Source of the DNA: Acidobacteriota bacterium
GTDB taxonomy: Bacteria > Acidobacteriota > Vicinamibacteria > Vicinamibacterales > CAVVIG01
DNA: 64,000 nt
Reading direction: 5' to 3'
Assembly: GCA_003222535.1 (NCBI GenBank)
Contig: QHWJ01000238.1
Span: 5,270-69,269, forward strand
Positions 40,208 through 48,618 of the stretch are shown here, piece after piece; the first letter of the stretch is position 1; every line of letters begins with the position of its first letter. Both the position numbers and the translations under genes were made by a program. The notes under the pieces were generated by a model. The model was not told the origin of the DNA, made no database searches, and saw only the letters and a list, made by a program, of their open reading frames with translations.

Positions 40208-41565
40208 CCGCTCCGCGCTTTCAGCTCGCCGACGAGGTTCTCCGGCGCTTCGCCGCGTCGTTGCGATCGGCGCAGCTCTATTCTCCGGGCCACCCGATCA
40301 TCGGGCGCAACCTCGAGTCGCTCTCCGGCGCGTTCCAGCTGCTCCACAGCCTGCAGCCCGCGGTCGTCATCGGCCTGGTCGGCGAGGAAGTGATCGTCGA
40401 CGACATGCCGATGGCCAGGGCGGACACGCTCGGCCCGCTCGTGCGGCGCCTGCAGCAGAGCGGCGTCGACCGGATCACCGTCGACCGGGGCGTCACGGCC
40501 GGCGAGATCGCGACCTTCGTCAGCGCGGTCACCACGATCGACGCGCGAAACGGCGACGGCGCCGAGGCCTTCCCGCCGATGGCCCACATCCGGGTCGGCC
40601 GCGTCACCGTCGAGCAGCGCGTCGAGAGCAGCCTGACCGACATGGCGACGATCAAGCGGCTCTACAGCGACGCCGTCACGGTCGCCAGCGATGTCTGGGA
40701 CAGCGCGCAGAGCGAAGGACGGCCCGACGCCACCGTCGCGCGGACGATGATCGACGGGCTCGCCCAGGCGGTCGCGCAGAACCGGACGGCGCTCCTCGCG
40801 CTCACCACCCTCAAGAACTACGACAACTACACGTTCACGCACATGGTGAACGTCTCGATTCTCACGATGGGCCAGGCGCGCGGGCTCGGCATGGACGGCG
40901 CGCTGTTGCGCGAGTTCGGCCTCGCCGCCCTGATGCACGACATCGGCAAGGTGCGCACGCCGATCGACATCCTGAACAAGGCCGAGAAGCTCACCGATGC
41001 CGAGTTCGCGATCATGAAGCGCCACACCGTCGACGGCGCCGAGATCCTGCGGATGACCCCGGAGGTGCCGGCGCTCGCGCCGGTCGTCGCCTTCGAGCAT
41101 CACCTGCGGATCGACGGCTCCGGCTACCCGGACGGCGTGTCGCGATCGTCGCTCAACATCGGCACCATGCTCTGCAGCATCGCCGACGTGTACGACGCCA
41201 TGCGATCGCAGCGGAGCTACCAGCAATCGTTTCCAACGGATCGGATCCTCGCGGTGCTCAAGCGCAACGACGGGACGCAGTTCGATCAGCATCTCGTCCG
41301 GCGCTTCGTGCAGTTGATCGGCATCTACCCGGCCGGTACGCTCGTGCGCCTGAACACGGGCGAAGTGGCCGTCGTGATGAGCGTCTACGCGCCCGACCCG
41401 TACCGCCCGCACGTCCGCGTCCTCCTCGGCCGCGACAGCAGCCGCCTCGACCTGCCGTTCGACCTGAATCTGTGGGAGACGAGCGACGATCCGCAGCGTC
41501 CCGCGTCCATCGTCGCGCCGCTCGACTCCACCAACTACCAGTTCGACCCGCTGCTGCTGATGTAA
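40204..41565 (+). CDS. HD-GYP domain protein, paralog B2
   Basis: The ATG at 40204 overlaps the A2 stop (ATGA). It has THMVNV, LMHDIGK, FEHHLRIDGSGYP and ADVYDAMRSQRSY. The upstream part of ORF 40012..41565 is discarded. Confidence 0.9.
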   Translation: MTAPRFQLADEVLRRFAASLRSAQLYSPGHPIIGRNLESLSGAFQLLHSLQPAVVIGLVGEEVIVDDMPMARADTLGPLVRRLQQSGVDRITVDRGVTAGEIATFVSAVTTIDARNGDGAEAFPPMAHIRVGRVTVEQRVESSLTDMATIKRLYSDAVTVASDVWDSAQSEGRPDATVARTMIDGLAQAVAQNRTALLALTTLKNYDNYTFTHMVNVSILTMGQARGLGMDGALLREFGLAALMHDIGKVRTPIDILNKAEKLTDAEFAIMKRHTVDGAEILRMTPEVPALAPVVAFEHHLRIDGSGYPDGVSRSSLNIGTMLCSIADVYDAMRSQRSYQQSFPTDRILAVLKRNDGTQFDQHLVRRFVQLIGIYPAGTLVRLNTGEVAVVMSVYAPDPYRPHVRVLLGRDSSRLDLPFDLNLWETSDDPQRPASIVAPLDSTNYQFDPLLLM

Positions 41566-41650
41566 GATCCATCAAGTCTCAAGGCTCAAGGCTCACGTTT
41601 CAACGCTCGGGCCTGGACGTTCACGTCTCAACGCTCGAAGGAAGGCCCAC

Positions 41651-43261
41651 GTGCGGAAGATCGCCACCGCGGTCGCCCTCGCGACCCTGCCCGGGCCGGG
41701 GCCGCATGCGGCACCGGAGCTTCGGCCGAAGCTCGCCGTGATCATCGTCGTGGATCAGATGCGGGCCGATTACGTCGACCGGTTCAACGGCCAGTGGACA
41801 CGCGGCCTCAAGCGGATGGTCACGCAGGGCGCCTGGTTCGAGCACGCGGCGTATCCGTACTTGTCGACACTAACCTGTGCCGGCCATGCGACGATTTCCA
41901 CCGGTTCGTTCCCGCACGTGCACGGGGTGTTTCAGAACACGTGGTGGGACCGCGACGCGCGGAAGCTGATGACGTGCACCGAGGATCCGCGGGCGACGGC
42001 CATCGGCTACGGCGCGCCCGTGACGGGCGGAGACAGCGCCTACCGGCTGCAGGTGCCGACGTTCGCCGACCAGATGCGCACGCGTCGCCAGGCCCGCGTC
42101 GTCGCGCTGTCGCTCAAGGACCGCAGCGCCGTCATGCTGGCGGGCCACGGCGGCGATGCGGTCGTCTGGCTGAGTAACACGCTCGACGGGTGGGAAAGCT
42201 CCTCGGCGTACGCGCAAGCCCGCCTACCGGCCATCGAGGCGTTTCTCGAGGCCAATCCGATGGCGGCCGATTTCGGCAAAACGTGGGATCGCCGCCTGCC
42301 GGTGGCCTCGTATTCCGGCCCGGATGAGGGCGCCGGCGAAGCGCCGCCGGAGGGATGGACGCGGAAGTTTCCGCACACCCTGAACGGCGCCAGGGGCAAA
42401 CCGGACGCCGTGTTCATGGCGCAATGGGTGCGGAGCCCGTTTGCCGACGCCTATCTCGGGCGATTTGCGGCGTCGCTCGTGAGATCGCTGGAGCTCGGCA
42501 AACATGAGAGTACCGACGTACTCGCCGTCAGCTTCTCGAGTCCCGACTTCGTGGGGCACGCCTTCGGTCCCCGGAGCCATGAGGTCCAGGACGTCTACGC
42601 CCATCTCGACCAGACGCTCGGCACGCTGTTCGACGGGCTCGATGCGCAGGTCGGGAAGGATCAGTGGGTCGTCGGGCTCACCGCCGATCACGGCGTCACG
42701 CCGATTCCGGAGCAGCTCGTGGCCGAGAGCACAGATGCTGGCCGCATCAATGGCGCCGCCATCTCCGAAGCGGTCGAGCGGGTGGTGAGGCCGGTGCTCG
42801 GCGAGGGACGGCACGTCACGATGCTGAACATCAACGATCTGTACTTCGAACCTGGCGTCTACGCGGGAATTCGCAAGTCGCGCGAGCTGCTGGACGCCGT
42901 GATGGCGGCCATCGCCGCGCGTCCCGGCATCTTGCGCGTCTTTCGCGCCGAAGAGGTGCGCGGCGCCGAGAAATCGAAAGACCCGCTGCTGCGCGCCGCC
43001 GCGCTCAGCTATTTCCCGGGGCGCAGCGGCGATCTGATCCTCGTGCCGAAGCCCGGATGGATGATCTCCAACGCCGGCACGACGCACGGGTCGTCGAGCG
43101 ACGACGATCAGCGCGTGCCGCTGCTGTTCATGGGTCCCGGCATCAAGCCGGGAACGTATCAGCAGCCGGTCACGCCGGCCGATCTCGCCCCGACACTCGC
43201 GGCCCTGTCAGGGCTGTCTCTCTCCAAAGCCGAAGGTCATGCTCTGCCATGCATCCAGTAA
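41651..43261 (+). CDS. Alkaline phosphatase superfamily protein (type I phosphodiesterase / nucleotide pyrophosphatase-like)
   Basis: 536 aa with a GTG start. It has IIVVDQMRADY, TLTCAGHATISTGSFPHVHG (nucleophile Thr region) and a late DHG/HGS metal-ligand pattern. Confidence 0.8.
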   Translation: MRKIATAVALATLPGPGPHAAPELRPKLAVIIVVDQMRADYVDRFNGQWTRGLKRMVTQGAWFEHAAYPYLSTLTCAGHATISTGSFPHVHGVFQNTWWDRDARKLMTCTEDPRATAIGYGAPVTGGDSAYRLQVPTFADQMRTRRQARVVALSLKDRSAVMLAGHGGDAVVWLSNTLDGWESSSAYAQARLPAIEAFLEANPMAADFGKTWDRRLPVASYSGPDEGAGEAPPEGWTRKFPHTLNGARGKPDAVFMAQWVRSPFADAYLGRFAASLVRSLELGKHESTDVLAVSFSSPDFVGHAFGPRSHEVQDVYAHLDQTLGTLFDGLDAQVGKDQWVVGLTADHGVTPIPEQLVAESTDAGRINGAAISEAVERVVRPVLGEGRHVTMLNINDLYFEPGVYAGIRKSRELLDAVMAAIAARPGILRVFRAEEVRGAEKSKDPLLRAAALSYFPGRSGDLILVPKPGWMISNAGTTHGSSSDDDQRVPLLFMGPGIKPGTYQQPVTPADLAPTLAALSGLSLSKAEGHALPCIQ

Positions 43262-43599
43262 GGCGCGCGCAGCCCGACGCCTTTTCATCCCGCGTGCTCT
43301 CGGTCGTCCGGCGCATTCCGCCCGGGCGAGTGGCGACATATGGCGAGGTGGCCGCGCTCGCGGGACGTCCGCGCGCGGCGCGCGCCGTCGGCAACATCAT
43401 GCGCGGTTGCGGCCGCCCCGACGTGCCCTGTCACCGCGTGATCGCCGCGGGCGGGCGCCTTGGCGGATACGGCGGGAGCGAGACGCTCAAGCGGTCGCTG
43501 CTGGCGGCGGAAGGCGTGATCGTCTCCGGCTCGCGCATCCGCGAGCTCGACCGGGTCCGCTGGCCCGCGACCCGCAGGCGAGCGCCGCGAACGTCCTGA
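43249..43599 (+). CDS. MGMT family protein (methylated-DNA-protein-cysteine methyltransferase DNA-binding domain only)
   Basis: The ATG at 43249 is in the frame of ORF 42664..43599. It has IPPGRVATYGEVAALAG and the PCHRV active-site motif. At about 116 aa, it lacks the N-terminal Ada/Ogt domain. Confidence 0.85.
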   Translation: MHPVRRAQPDAFSSRVLSVVRRIPPGRVATYGEVAALAGRPRAARAVGNIMRGCGRPDVPCHRVIAAGGRLGGYGGSETLKRSLLAAEGVIVSGSRIRELDRVRWPATRRRAPRTS

Positions 43600-43632
43600 A
43601 CGTTCAGACCTGTTTTTCTCGTATCTGCTAGC

Positions 43633-44217
43633 GTGACCGCCCCTAAGCAACGCCCGCCAATCCCTTTCCCGTCTAAAGAGGCGACGGTGGGCTCCGCAGA
43701 GGACCTTGTCGCCCGGTGTCAGGCGGGCGACGTCGAGGCGTTCGAGACGATCTACCGGCAGCACGCGTCACGGCTCTATACGCTGGCGTGTCGGATGGCC
43801 GGGTCGCCCGAAGACGGCGAAGACCTGCTCCAGGAGATCTTCCTCCAGGCGTATCGGAAGCTGGGAAGCTTCAAAGGCGACGCGACGCTGGGCACGTGGC
43901 TGTATCGGCTGGCGCTCAACCATTGTCTTGATTACGTGCGCAGCCGGCGGGCGAAAATGAACAAGCTGACGTCGGCCATCGAGGGTGAGATCGCATGCGA
44001 ACCGGCGGCCCGCCGTGAAACGCCGATCGCGCGCCTGGATCTGGAGCGCGCCGTCGAACGGCTGCCTGAAGGGTGCCGCGAGGCGTTCGTCCTGCACGAC
44101 GTCGAAGGGTTCGATCACAAAGAGGTCGGCAGGCTGCTCGGCATCGCCGAGGGCACCTCGAAATCGCAGGTGTTCAAGGCGCGCATGAAGCTGCGCGCGT
44201 TGCTCGGGAAACCGTAA
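43633..44217 (+). CDS. ECF-type RNA polymerase sigma-70 family factor
   Basis: Region 2 (FETIYRQHASRLYTLACRM..DLLQEIFLQAY) and region 4 (EAFVLHDVEGFDHKEVGRLLGIAEGTSKSQVFKAR). Confidence 0.9.
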   Translation: MTAPKQRPPIPFPSKEATVGSAEDLVARCQAGDVEAFETIYRQHASRLYTLACRMAGSPEDGEDLLQEIFLQAYRKLGSFKGDATLGTWLYRLALNHCLDYVRSRRAKMNKLTSAIEGEIACEPAARRETPIARLDLERAVERLPEGCREAFVLHDVEGFDHKEVGRLLGIAEGTSKSQVFKARMKLRALLGKP

Positions 44218-45089
44218 TGCATCCGAATGAGGACGCCATCCACGCTTACGTCGACGGGTCGCTCGGCGCCGCCGAACGGACCGGGATCGATCGGCACGTC
44301 GCATCGTGCGCGTCGTGCCGTCAGCTTCTCGAGGATCTGCGCGAGATCCTCCGAGCGGCGAAAGCGCTCGAGCTGCGCGAGCCGCCGGCCCGCGTCTGGT
44401 CGCGTCTCGAGCGCGCGATCACACTCGAACGCGACGACGCCGAACCCGTAGCGCGAAGGCTTCAGCCGAGCGGCATGGCGAGCGACACAGGTCCGGCTGA
44501 AGCCGGACACGACCGGAGGGCGTCGGGAGCGCGAGGCCCGGCCTCTGGAGCGCGAACGCTTCAGCCGAGCGGCACGGCGAGCGACACAGGTCGGGCTGAA
44601 GCCGGACACGACCGGAGGGCGACATGGCTCGCCGCGGCGGCGGCGGTCGTGCTCGCGACGGCCGTCGGCCTCCGCTTCATGCCGTCGGGCGGTGAGAGTG
44701 TCCGGAGCGGTGCGCCCGCCACGACCACGGTCGCGGAAGGCGACCGAGCGGAGTCGGTCGAAACGGAGCTGCGGCAGGCCGAAGCGCATTACGAGAAGGC
44801 CATCAAGGGGCTCGAACAGATTGCGAGCGCCGAGCGGAACGCGCTGGACCCGCGAACCGCGGCGACGCTGCAGAGGAATCTCGCGGTGATCGATCAGGCC
44901 ATCACCGAGAGCCGTGCGGCGGTGCGGTCCGAGCCCGCCAGCGAGCCGGCGCAGCAGAGCCTCCTCGAAAACTTCAAGAGCAAGATCGCGCTGCTGCAGG
45001 ACACCGTGGCGCTCATCAACGAAATGCGCAAGGGCAACGAGGCTGGAGCGGCGCGCATCGTATCCGGGCTCAAACAAAAGGGCGACTGA
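44217..45089 (+). CDS. Anti-sigma factor (zf-HC2 type), single-pass membrane protein
   Basis: The ATG overlaps the sigma-factor stop (TAATG). It has an HxxxCxxC motif (HVASCASCRQLL) and a TM helix WLAAAAAVVLATAVGL. The linker contains two in-frame REP-derived units. Confidence 0.8.
   Translation: MHPNEDAIHAYVDGSLGAAERTGIDRHVASCASCRQLLEDLREILRAAKALELREPPARVWSRLERAITLERDDAEPVARRLQPSGMASDTGPAEAGHDRRASGARGPASGARTLQPSGTASDTGRAEAGHDRRATWLAAAAAVVLATAVGLRFMPSGGESVRSGAPATTTVAEGDRAESVETELRQAEAHYEKAIKGLEQIASAERNALDPRTAATLQRNLAVIDQAITESRAAVRSEPASEPAQQSLLENFKSKIALLQDTVALINEMRKGNEAGAARIVSGLKQKGD
44451..44621. repeat. Two 72-nt composite REP units 99 nt apart, inside the anti-sigma CDS
   Basis: gcgcgaaggcttcagccgagcggcatggcgagcgacacaggtccggctgaagccggacacgaccggagggcg (44451-44522) is repeated with 4 substitutions at 44550-44621. 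Confidence 0.9.
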
Positions 45090-45090
45090 C

Positions 45091-46116
45091 ATGCGATTCA
45101 CACTGCCGTTCGTGATGGCCGGGCTCGCGATGGCGGCCGTTTCAGCCGGGGCGCAGGATGCCGGCCAGCGGATCGTGCGGCGCGACGCGGTACGGGCTGG
45201 TGCGCGCGCCTACCAGGGCCGCAGCGGGCCGGAACAGACCGAGCGGTTCTCGCGGAAGGTGAAGGTCGGCCGCGATGCCCGGGTCAGCATCGACAACGTC
45301 GCCGGCAACATCGTGGTCACCGGCGGGTCGGGCGACGAGGTCTCGATCGAGGCGGTCAAGCGGACGCGCGGGGACCGAGGCGAGCTGGCGAAGGTCCGGA
45401 TCACGGTCGACGAGCGGGCCGGTCGGGTCGACGTGCGCACGGAGGGCGAGCAGAATCGCGGCTGGCGCGGCAGCCAGGTGTCGGTCGATTACACCGTGAC
45501 CGTGCCAGCGTCTGCGTCGGTCGATCTGCATTCGGTGTCCGGCTCGATGAGAGTCACCGGGGTGCGTGGATCGCTTCGGGCCGAGACCGTGAGCGGGAAT
45601 GTGACGACGACCGACACGCCGAAGCTGGAAGTCGCCAAGAGCATCTCGGGCGACGTGTCGCTCACGGGCGCCGCCGCCGAGGGCGATCTGTCGGCCGCCA
45701 GCGTGAGTGGAAGCGTGACGGCCAGAGGGCTGAAGGCGCACGGGCTCGACCTCGGCTCGATCAGCGGCGACATCATGCTCAGCGACGTGACGTGCGATCG
45801 CCTGGGCATCAAGTCGGTGAGCGGCAGCGTCGAGTACGCGGGCTCCCTCGTGAAAGGCGGCCGCTACGAGATCAACTCGCACTCGGGGAGCGTGCGCCTC
45901 ACGCTCTCGAACCCGCCCGGTTTCGAGCTCGCCGCGAACAGCTTCAGCGGCACGATTCGATCCGATTTCCCGATGATCATCGGCGGCGACCGCGATCGGG
46001 ACCGTGGGCGCCGGCGCGGGGGCAACAACCGGTCGATTCGCGCCACATTCGGAGACGGCAGCGCGACGGTCACCGTCCGAACCTTCAGCGGCGAAATCGT
46101 CATTGCCAAACGCTAA
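45091..46116 (+). CDS. DUF4097-like beta-helical protein (putative adhesin-fold, sigma/anti-sigma-associated)
   Basis: The ATG at 45091 gives the signal peptide MRFTLPFVMAGLAMAAVSAGAQD. It has repeated SGSV/SGDV/SGNV turns (SVSGSMRVTG, VSGNVTT, ISGDVSLTG, VSGSVTARG, ISGDIML). Confidence 0.7.
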   Translation: MRFTLPFVMAGLAMAAVSAGAQDAGQRIVRRDAVRAGARAYQGRSGPEQTERFSRKVKVGRDARVSIDNVAGNIVVTGGSGDEVSIEAVKRTRGDRGELAKVRITVDERAGRVDVRTEGEQNRGWRGSQVSVDYTVTVPASASVDLHSVSGSMRVTGVRGSLRAETVSGNVTTTDTPKLEVAKSISGDVSLTGAAAEGDLSAASVSGSVTARGLKAHGLDLGSISGDIMLSDVTCDRLGIKSVSGSVEYAGSLVKGGRYEINSHSGSVRLTLSNPPGFELAANSFSGTIRSDFPMIIGGDRDRDRGRRRGGNNRSIRATFGDGSATVTVRTFSGEIVIAKR

Positions 46117-46221
46117 CAGCCCGTGGTGAAAGTCTTCCCAGCCCATCCGGGGCGGCACTCGGCTTGCTCCGACGCCTGTATACTTGAGCGGAAGTTCAGA
46201 TCAGCGTTTTTGGAGGCACTG

Positions 46222-46749
46222 ATGAAGGAATTTGTTCTTGTCGGAGCTCTGGTGGGGGCGCTGACCACCTGCGTGTCCTTCGCACAAACAGCGGAGAAAC
46301 CCGCAGCCAGGCCGGCGCGCAAAGCGGTCGCAGGTAATCAGGGCGCCGGTCACACGGCCCCGAAGGCACAGCCGACGACCGACGCGGCGCCTGCCGCGCC
46401 GGCGGGGCAACTGCAGCTCGGCTCGGTCCGCATCCCGAAGACGGTCAAGGCCGACGGCAAACCGCTGCCGTCAGGCACGTATCAGGTGCGCCTGACGCCG
46501 CAGACGGCAGCGCCCGTGGCCAAAGGCCAGACGGCGACGCTCGAGCGTTGGGTCGAGTTCGTGAAGGGCGGCAAGGTCGCGGGCCGCGAGGTCGTGACGA
46601 TCATCCCGCAGTCAGAGATCGCCAAGGTGCAGAAAGACGCGCCGCCGCGCGCCAATTCGGCGAAGGTCGAGACGCTGAAGGGCGGCGACTACATGCGGCT
46701 GTGGATCAACAAGAGCGGGAACCACTACCTCGTGCACTTCCCCGTATAG
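46222..46749 (+). CDS. Hypothetical secreted protein
   Basis: The ATG at 46222 follows GGAGG (46212-46216). It has the signal peptide MKEFVLVGALVGALTTCVSFAQ and a Pro/Ala-rich linker. No known domain. Confidence 0.55.
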   Translation: MKEFVLVGALVGALTTCVSFAQTAEKPAARPARKAVAGNQGAGHTAPKAQPTTDAAPAAPAGQLQLGSVRIPKTVKADGKPLPSGTYQVRLTPQTAAPVAKGQTATLERWVEFVKGGKVAGREVVTIIPQSEIAKVQKDAPPRANSAKVETLKGGDYMRLWINKSGNHYLVHFPV

Positions 46750-47020
46750 AGAGCTTCGCCCCTCGGGGCTGATGGCTGAGGGCACGAACCCTCGGCCTTC
46801 TGTGTGCGCCGGGCGTCGTGCTGTCATTGATAGCATGTCTGGAAACACGCAACACGTATCTGCCACCGGCGTCAGCTACGTGAATCCGTTTCTGCCGGTC
46901 TAACCCGCGAACATCGTGGTCGCCCCGGCGGCAAGGTGAAGGTGATGTGCCGCCACCGCTGAAGCGGTCTCGACGCGACCCGGCCCGGCCTCACCCGACC
47001 GACGCGACCCTGGACTCGGA

Positions 47021-48601
47021 CTAGACCGCCATGACATCGAACTGCTCGTGGTGGAGATGCGCGTCAGCCTTGATGGTGACGTTCTTCCCGGTCGTCTGCT
47101 TCAGGTCGTTCACCACGGCGCTCTCTTCTTCCTTCAGCGCACGCGCGATATCAGGGTTCACGCGCAGCAGCAGCCCGTGGCCGTTGAGATCCGGCCCGAC
47201 TTTCTTCACCTCGTTCAAGATCTCGTAGCAGATCGTCGAGCTCGATTTGATCACGCCGCTGCCGGCGCAGTACGGACACGGCTCGGTGAGGACGCGCTCG
47301 AGGCTCTGCTTCACGCGCTTGCGCGTGATGATGACGAGCCCGAAGTCCGAGACCTGCAGCGCCTTCGACGGCGACCGGTCCTTCTTGAGCTCCAGCTCCA
47401 CGGCCTGGAGGACCTTCAGCCGGTTCTTCCGGTCCTCCATGTCGATGAAGTCGAGCACGATGATGCCGCCCAGATCGCGCAGCCGGATCTGCCGCACGAT
47501 CTCCTTCACCGCCTCCAGGTTCGTCTTGATGATCGTGTCCTCGAGCCGGCCGGACGATTTCTTCCCGACGTAGCGTCCGGTGTTGACGTCGATCGCCACG
47601 AGCGCCTCGGTCTGGTTGATCACGATCGACCCGCCCGATTTCAGCCACACCTTGCTCTTCAGCGCCTTGTCGATCTCGGCCTGGACGCCGTACTCGTCGA
47701 AAATCGGGAACGGCTTCGAGTAGAGCTTCACCTTCGGCGCGAGGTTCGGCATGATCCGCTCGACGAGCTCGACGACACGCTGGTATTCCTGCCCGTTGTC
47801 GATCCGGATCGCCTGAAAGTCCTCGGTCAGGAGGTCCCGCAGCAGCCGGCTGACGATGCTCTGCTCCTGGAACAGCACGGCCGGAGCGCGCGACGACTCG
47901 TTCCGCTGGCGCATCTGGGTCCAGATCTTGTGGAACGCTTCGAGGTCGCCGATGATGTCCTCTTTGGGACGGCCGCTCGCGGCCGTGCGGATGATGACGC
48001 CGCCGGTAAAGCCGTGCGCCTCGCGGAACTCGCGGACGATGCCGCGGAGGCGGCTGCGCTCGTCGCGCGATTCAATCTTGCGGGAGACGCCGATGTGGTC
48101 CACGGTCGGCATGAACACCAGGAAGCGCCCGGGCATGGTTACGTGCGAGGTGAGGCGCGCGCCCTTGGTGCCGAGCGGCTCCTTGACCACCTGGACGATG
48201 ATCTCCTGGCCTTCCTTGAGGAGCTCGTCGATCTTGGGCTGGGGGCGCTCGCGGTCGCCCCTCGACTCGGCGCGCGGCGATGGCGAGCCCGTCGAACCCT
48301 CGCGATCCCGGCCCTTGACAGCGTCGATCTTCTCGTCGTCGTCGTCGCCGGCCAGCTTGTCGAACTCGTCCAGCGTGTCGATGACGTCGGCCACGTAGAG
48401 GAAGCCGTCGCGCTCGAGCCCGACATCGATGAAGGAAGACTGCATGCCGGGCAGCACTTTCGACACGCGGCCCTTGTAGACGTTGCCGACGACGCCGCGA
48501 TGCCTTTCGCGCTCGACGAACACTTCCGCGACGAGGTCGTCTTCGAGGATGGCCACCATGGTCTCGTGGCCGTTGGAGGAGACGATCATCTCCTTCGTCA
48601 T
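47021..48601 (-). CDS. rng: Ribonuclease G/E family endoribonuclease
   Basis: 526 aa with an S1 domain (GNVYKGRVSKVLPGMQSSFIDVG), LVAIDVNTG and DLGGIIVLDFIDM. It sits in the position classically occupied by rng after the mre genes. Confidence 0.9.
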   Translation of the reverse strand: MTKEMIVSSNGHETMVAILEDDLVAEVFVERERHRGVVGNVYKGRVSKVLPGMQSSFIDVGLERDGFLYVADVIDTLDEFDKLAGDDDDEKIDAVKGRDREGSTGSPSPRAESRGDRERPQPKIDELLKEGQEIIVQVVKEPLGTKGARLTSHVTMPGRFLVFMPTVDHIGVSRKIESRDERSRLRGIVREFREAHGFTGGVIIRTAASGRPKEDIIGDLEAFHKIWTQMRQRNESSRAPAVLFQEQSIVSRLLRDLLTEDFQAIRIDNGQEYQRVVELVERIMPNLAPKVKLYSKPFPIFDEYGVQAEIDKALKSKVWLKSGGSIVINQTEALVAIDVNTGRYVGKKSSGRLEDTIIKTNLEAVKEIVRQIRLRDLGGIIVLDFIDMEDRKNRLKVLQAVELELKKDRSPSKALQVSDFGLVIITRKRVKQSLERVLTEPCPYCAGSGVIKSSSTICYEILNEVKKVGPDLNGHGLLLRVNPDIARALKEEESAVVNDLKQTTGKNVTIKADAHLHHEQFDVMAV

Positions 48602-48618
48602 TCACGAACTCCCTGGAC

